Below, piece after piece: positions 62,650 through 64,000 of a stretch of 64,000 nt of DNA (its first letter is position 1; the number at the start of each line of letters is the position of its first letter). This stretch comes from Carcharhinus amblyrhynchos (lineage: Eukaryota), in assembly GCA_965287045.1 (NCBI GenBank), contig OZ336877.1:56234001-56298000 (forward strand). The letters run 5' to 3'. The translations under genes were made by a program, and so were the position numbers. A model generated the notes under the pieces. The model did no database searches. It was not told the DNA's origin and saw only the letters and a list, made by a program, of their open reading frames with translations.

Positions 62650-64000
62650 CAGGCTCCTTAGTAGCAACGTACTTGCCTACTGAAGCTGCTTTGCCCATTA
62701 ATTGCATTCACCATAAGTGTGACTTAAGTCTGTCCTCACAACAGATTGACATCGGCGTCGAACCTTGTCCGATGAATGTATTTCTATCGTCGTTTTGCAG
62801 ACTGAGCATATCTTTGCTCTTTTGATTTTGATCCTTGGTGGTTGCTGACTTTTCTGCTATTTAATCCAGTGTGCAGGCTTTCAGCCATGTTTTCCTCCAG
62901 CAGTATTTAGAAATGAAGCCTCTTTTTGAAAGGTTTTGCTGTGTGTAAAAGAAACAAGAACTTGCAGATAAATTGAGTGAATGCTGTAAGAGTAACAGAT
63001 TTTGGTTTGGAAAGTATCTCGATGAAATTTGAAATTTGTTTTTATGTTTTTGATAAAACCAAATGGGAATAGACTTCAGGTAGTTTATTAGTTGATGTCA
63101 GCAAAAGAGTTAATGTATTATCTTTTTATACTGGGGTTCTGCTCTGTGGAGTCATGACTTAACATCCAGGGTGTATGATTTTTTTTTTTGGTCATCATTT
63201 TTAAATACAACAGTTAACAAGTAGAATGCTTCTGGCTCCACAGACCAAGACTACCTGTTAAACGTTCTCAACTCTGTAGATGCCCACCAATTACACAAAA
63301 ATCACTTGTCCTACAGCTACTGTTACAAGTTGATAGAAAAAAAATCAAAGCACCAACAAACTCTGACCTGTTGCATAAGCAGATGGAAATGGTTTCTGAT
63401 TCTTACAGTGGTTATGATCTTGTCGGTAATTCATGTCTGAATTGTGGCTCTTCTCCACTTCCCCTTTTGAGATACACGTACGAGTGGCCTCCCAGGTCAA
63501 GTTTCCACACCAGCTACCACAGGAGCAGCTGGTTTCTTCTGAGCTAGTGACTCATGGCACTACCCACATAACAAAAGACAGGAGCAGTTTACCCTCAGCC
63601 TCAGGAAAATTCCCACATCCCACCATCCTAGTAGCAGCAATGTCACCAACAAAAGCAATTGATTTTGTCTCAGCCAGGAGCTCATTGCCACTTCCCTCAT
63701 TGCAGAGGCACCAAAAACTGTTCTGTCTTTCATCTGGTCCACATTCCTATTTCTATAGTCATAGTTGGTCTCTACTTGCAAAATATAACTGGCATCTTTT
63801 GAATCAAGGACTGATTTTTCCATTATCCCACTTCATTCTCTCCCCTTTCCTTTCACTTTTCTCAGAACAGTTACTGATCTCCCTCAGACTGTGCTCTGTT
63901 TCAGTGCCAAGCAGCAGGAGGTGACTCTTCTCAGAGAATCGACTGGTTCCTTGTGAACCAGGTTCCCTTGCAGCAGTCACTGGTCTCTTCTCTGTCCACT

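Noticed and set aside
63433-63924. 163-aa ORF in the 3' region
   Set aside because: Low-complexity S/L-rich translation with no homology I recognise; probably UTR.
1-64000. Most short ORFs in the six-frame track; prokaryotic systems such as CRISPR or operons
   Set aside because: This is vertebrate intronic DNA. The ORFs are chance frames, antisense to exons, or repeat-derived, and I see no regularly spaced repeat-spacer array.

Overview
Eukaryotic, not prokaryotic, DNA from a shark or ray genome, judged by HE1/V-SINEs, SacSINE1-like Deu-SINEs, CR1 LINEs and Penelope remnants. The window holds the 3' part of the nuclear receptor coactivator gene NCOA2 (SRC-2/TIF2/GRIP1) on the + strand. I trace 15 coding exons from 2959 to the stop at 62437-62439. 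All introns are GT-AG and the phases are mutually consistent (3608 coding nt). They cover PAS-B, NR boxes I-III, the CBP/p300-binding AD1, the Q-rich region and AD2, and end in KYC*. Introns are filled with degenerate retroelements. Most interesting: (1) the 3' UTR holds a decayed copy of the SRC-1a (NCOA1)-type terminal exon with its extra LxxLL box; (2) an NCOA1-like 69-codon extension of one exon via a second donor; (3) the penultimate 30-codon exon of mammalian NCOA2 appears to be missing; (4) several short hairpin insertions with 10-13 bp target-site duplications, built from Penelope terminal repeats that carry degenerate minimal hammerhead ribozymes. Exon numbers follow human NCOA2. All comparisons with other proteins and repeat families are from memory and need database confirmation.
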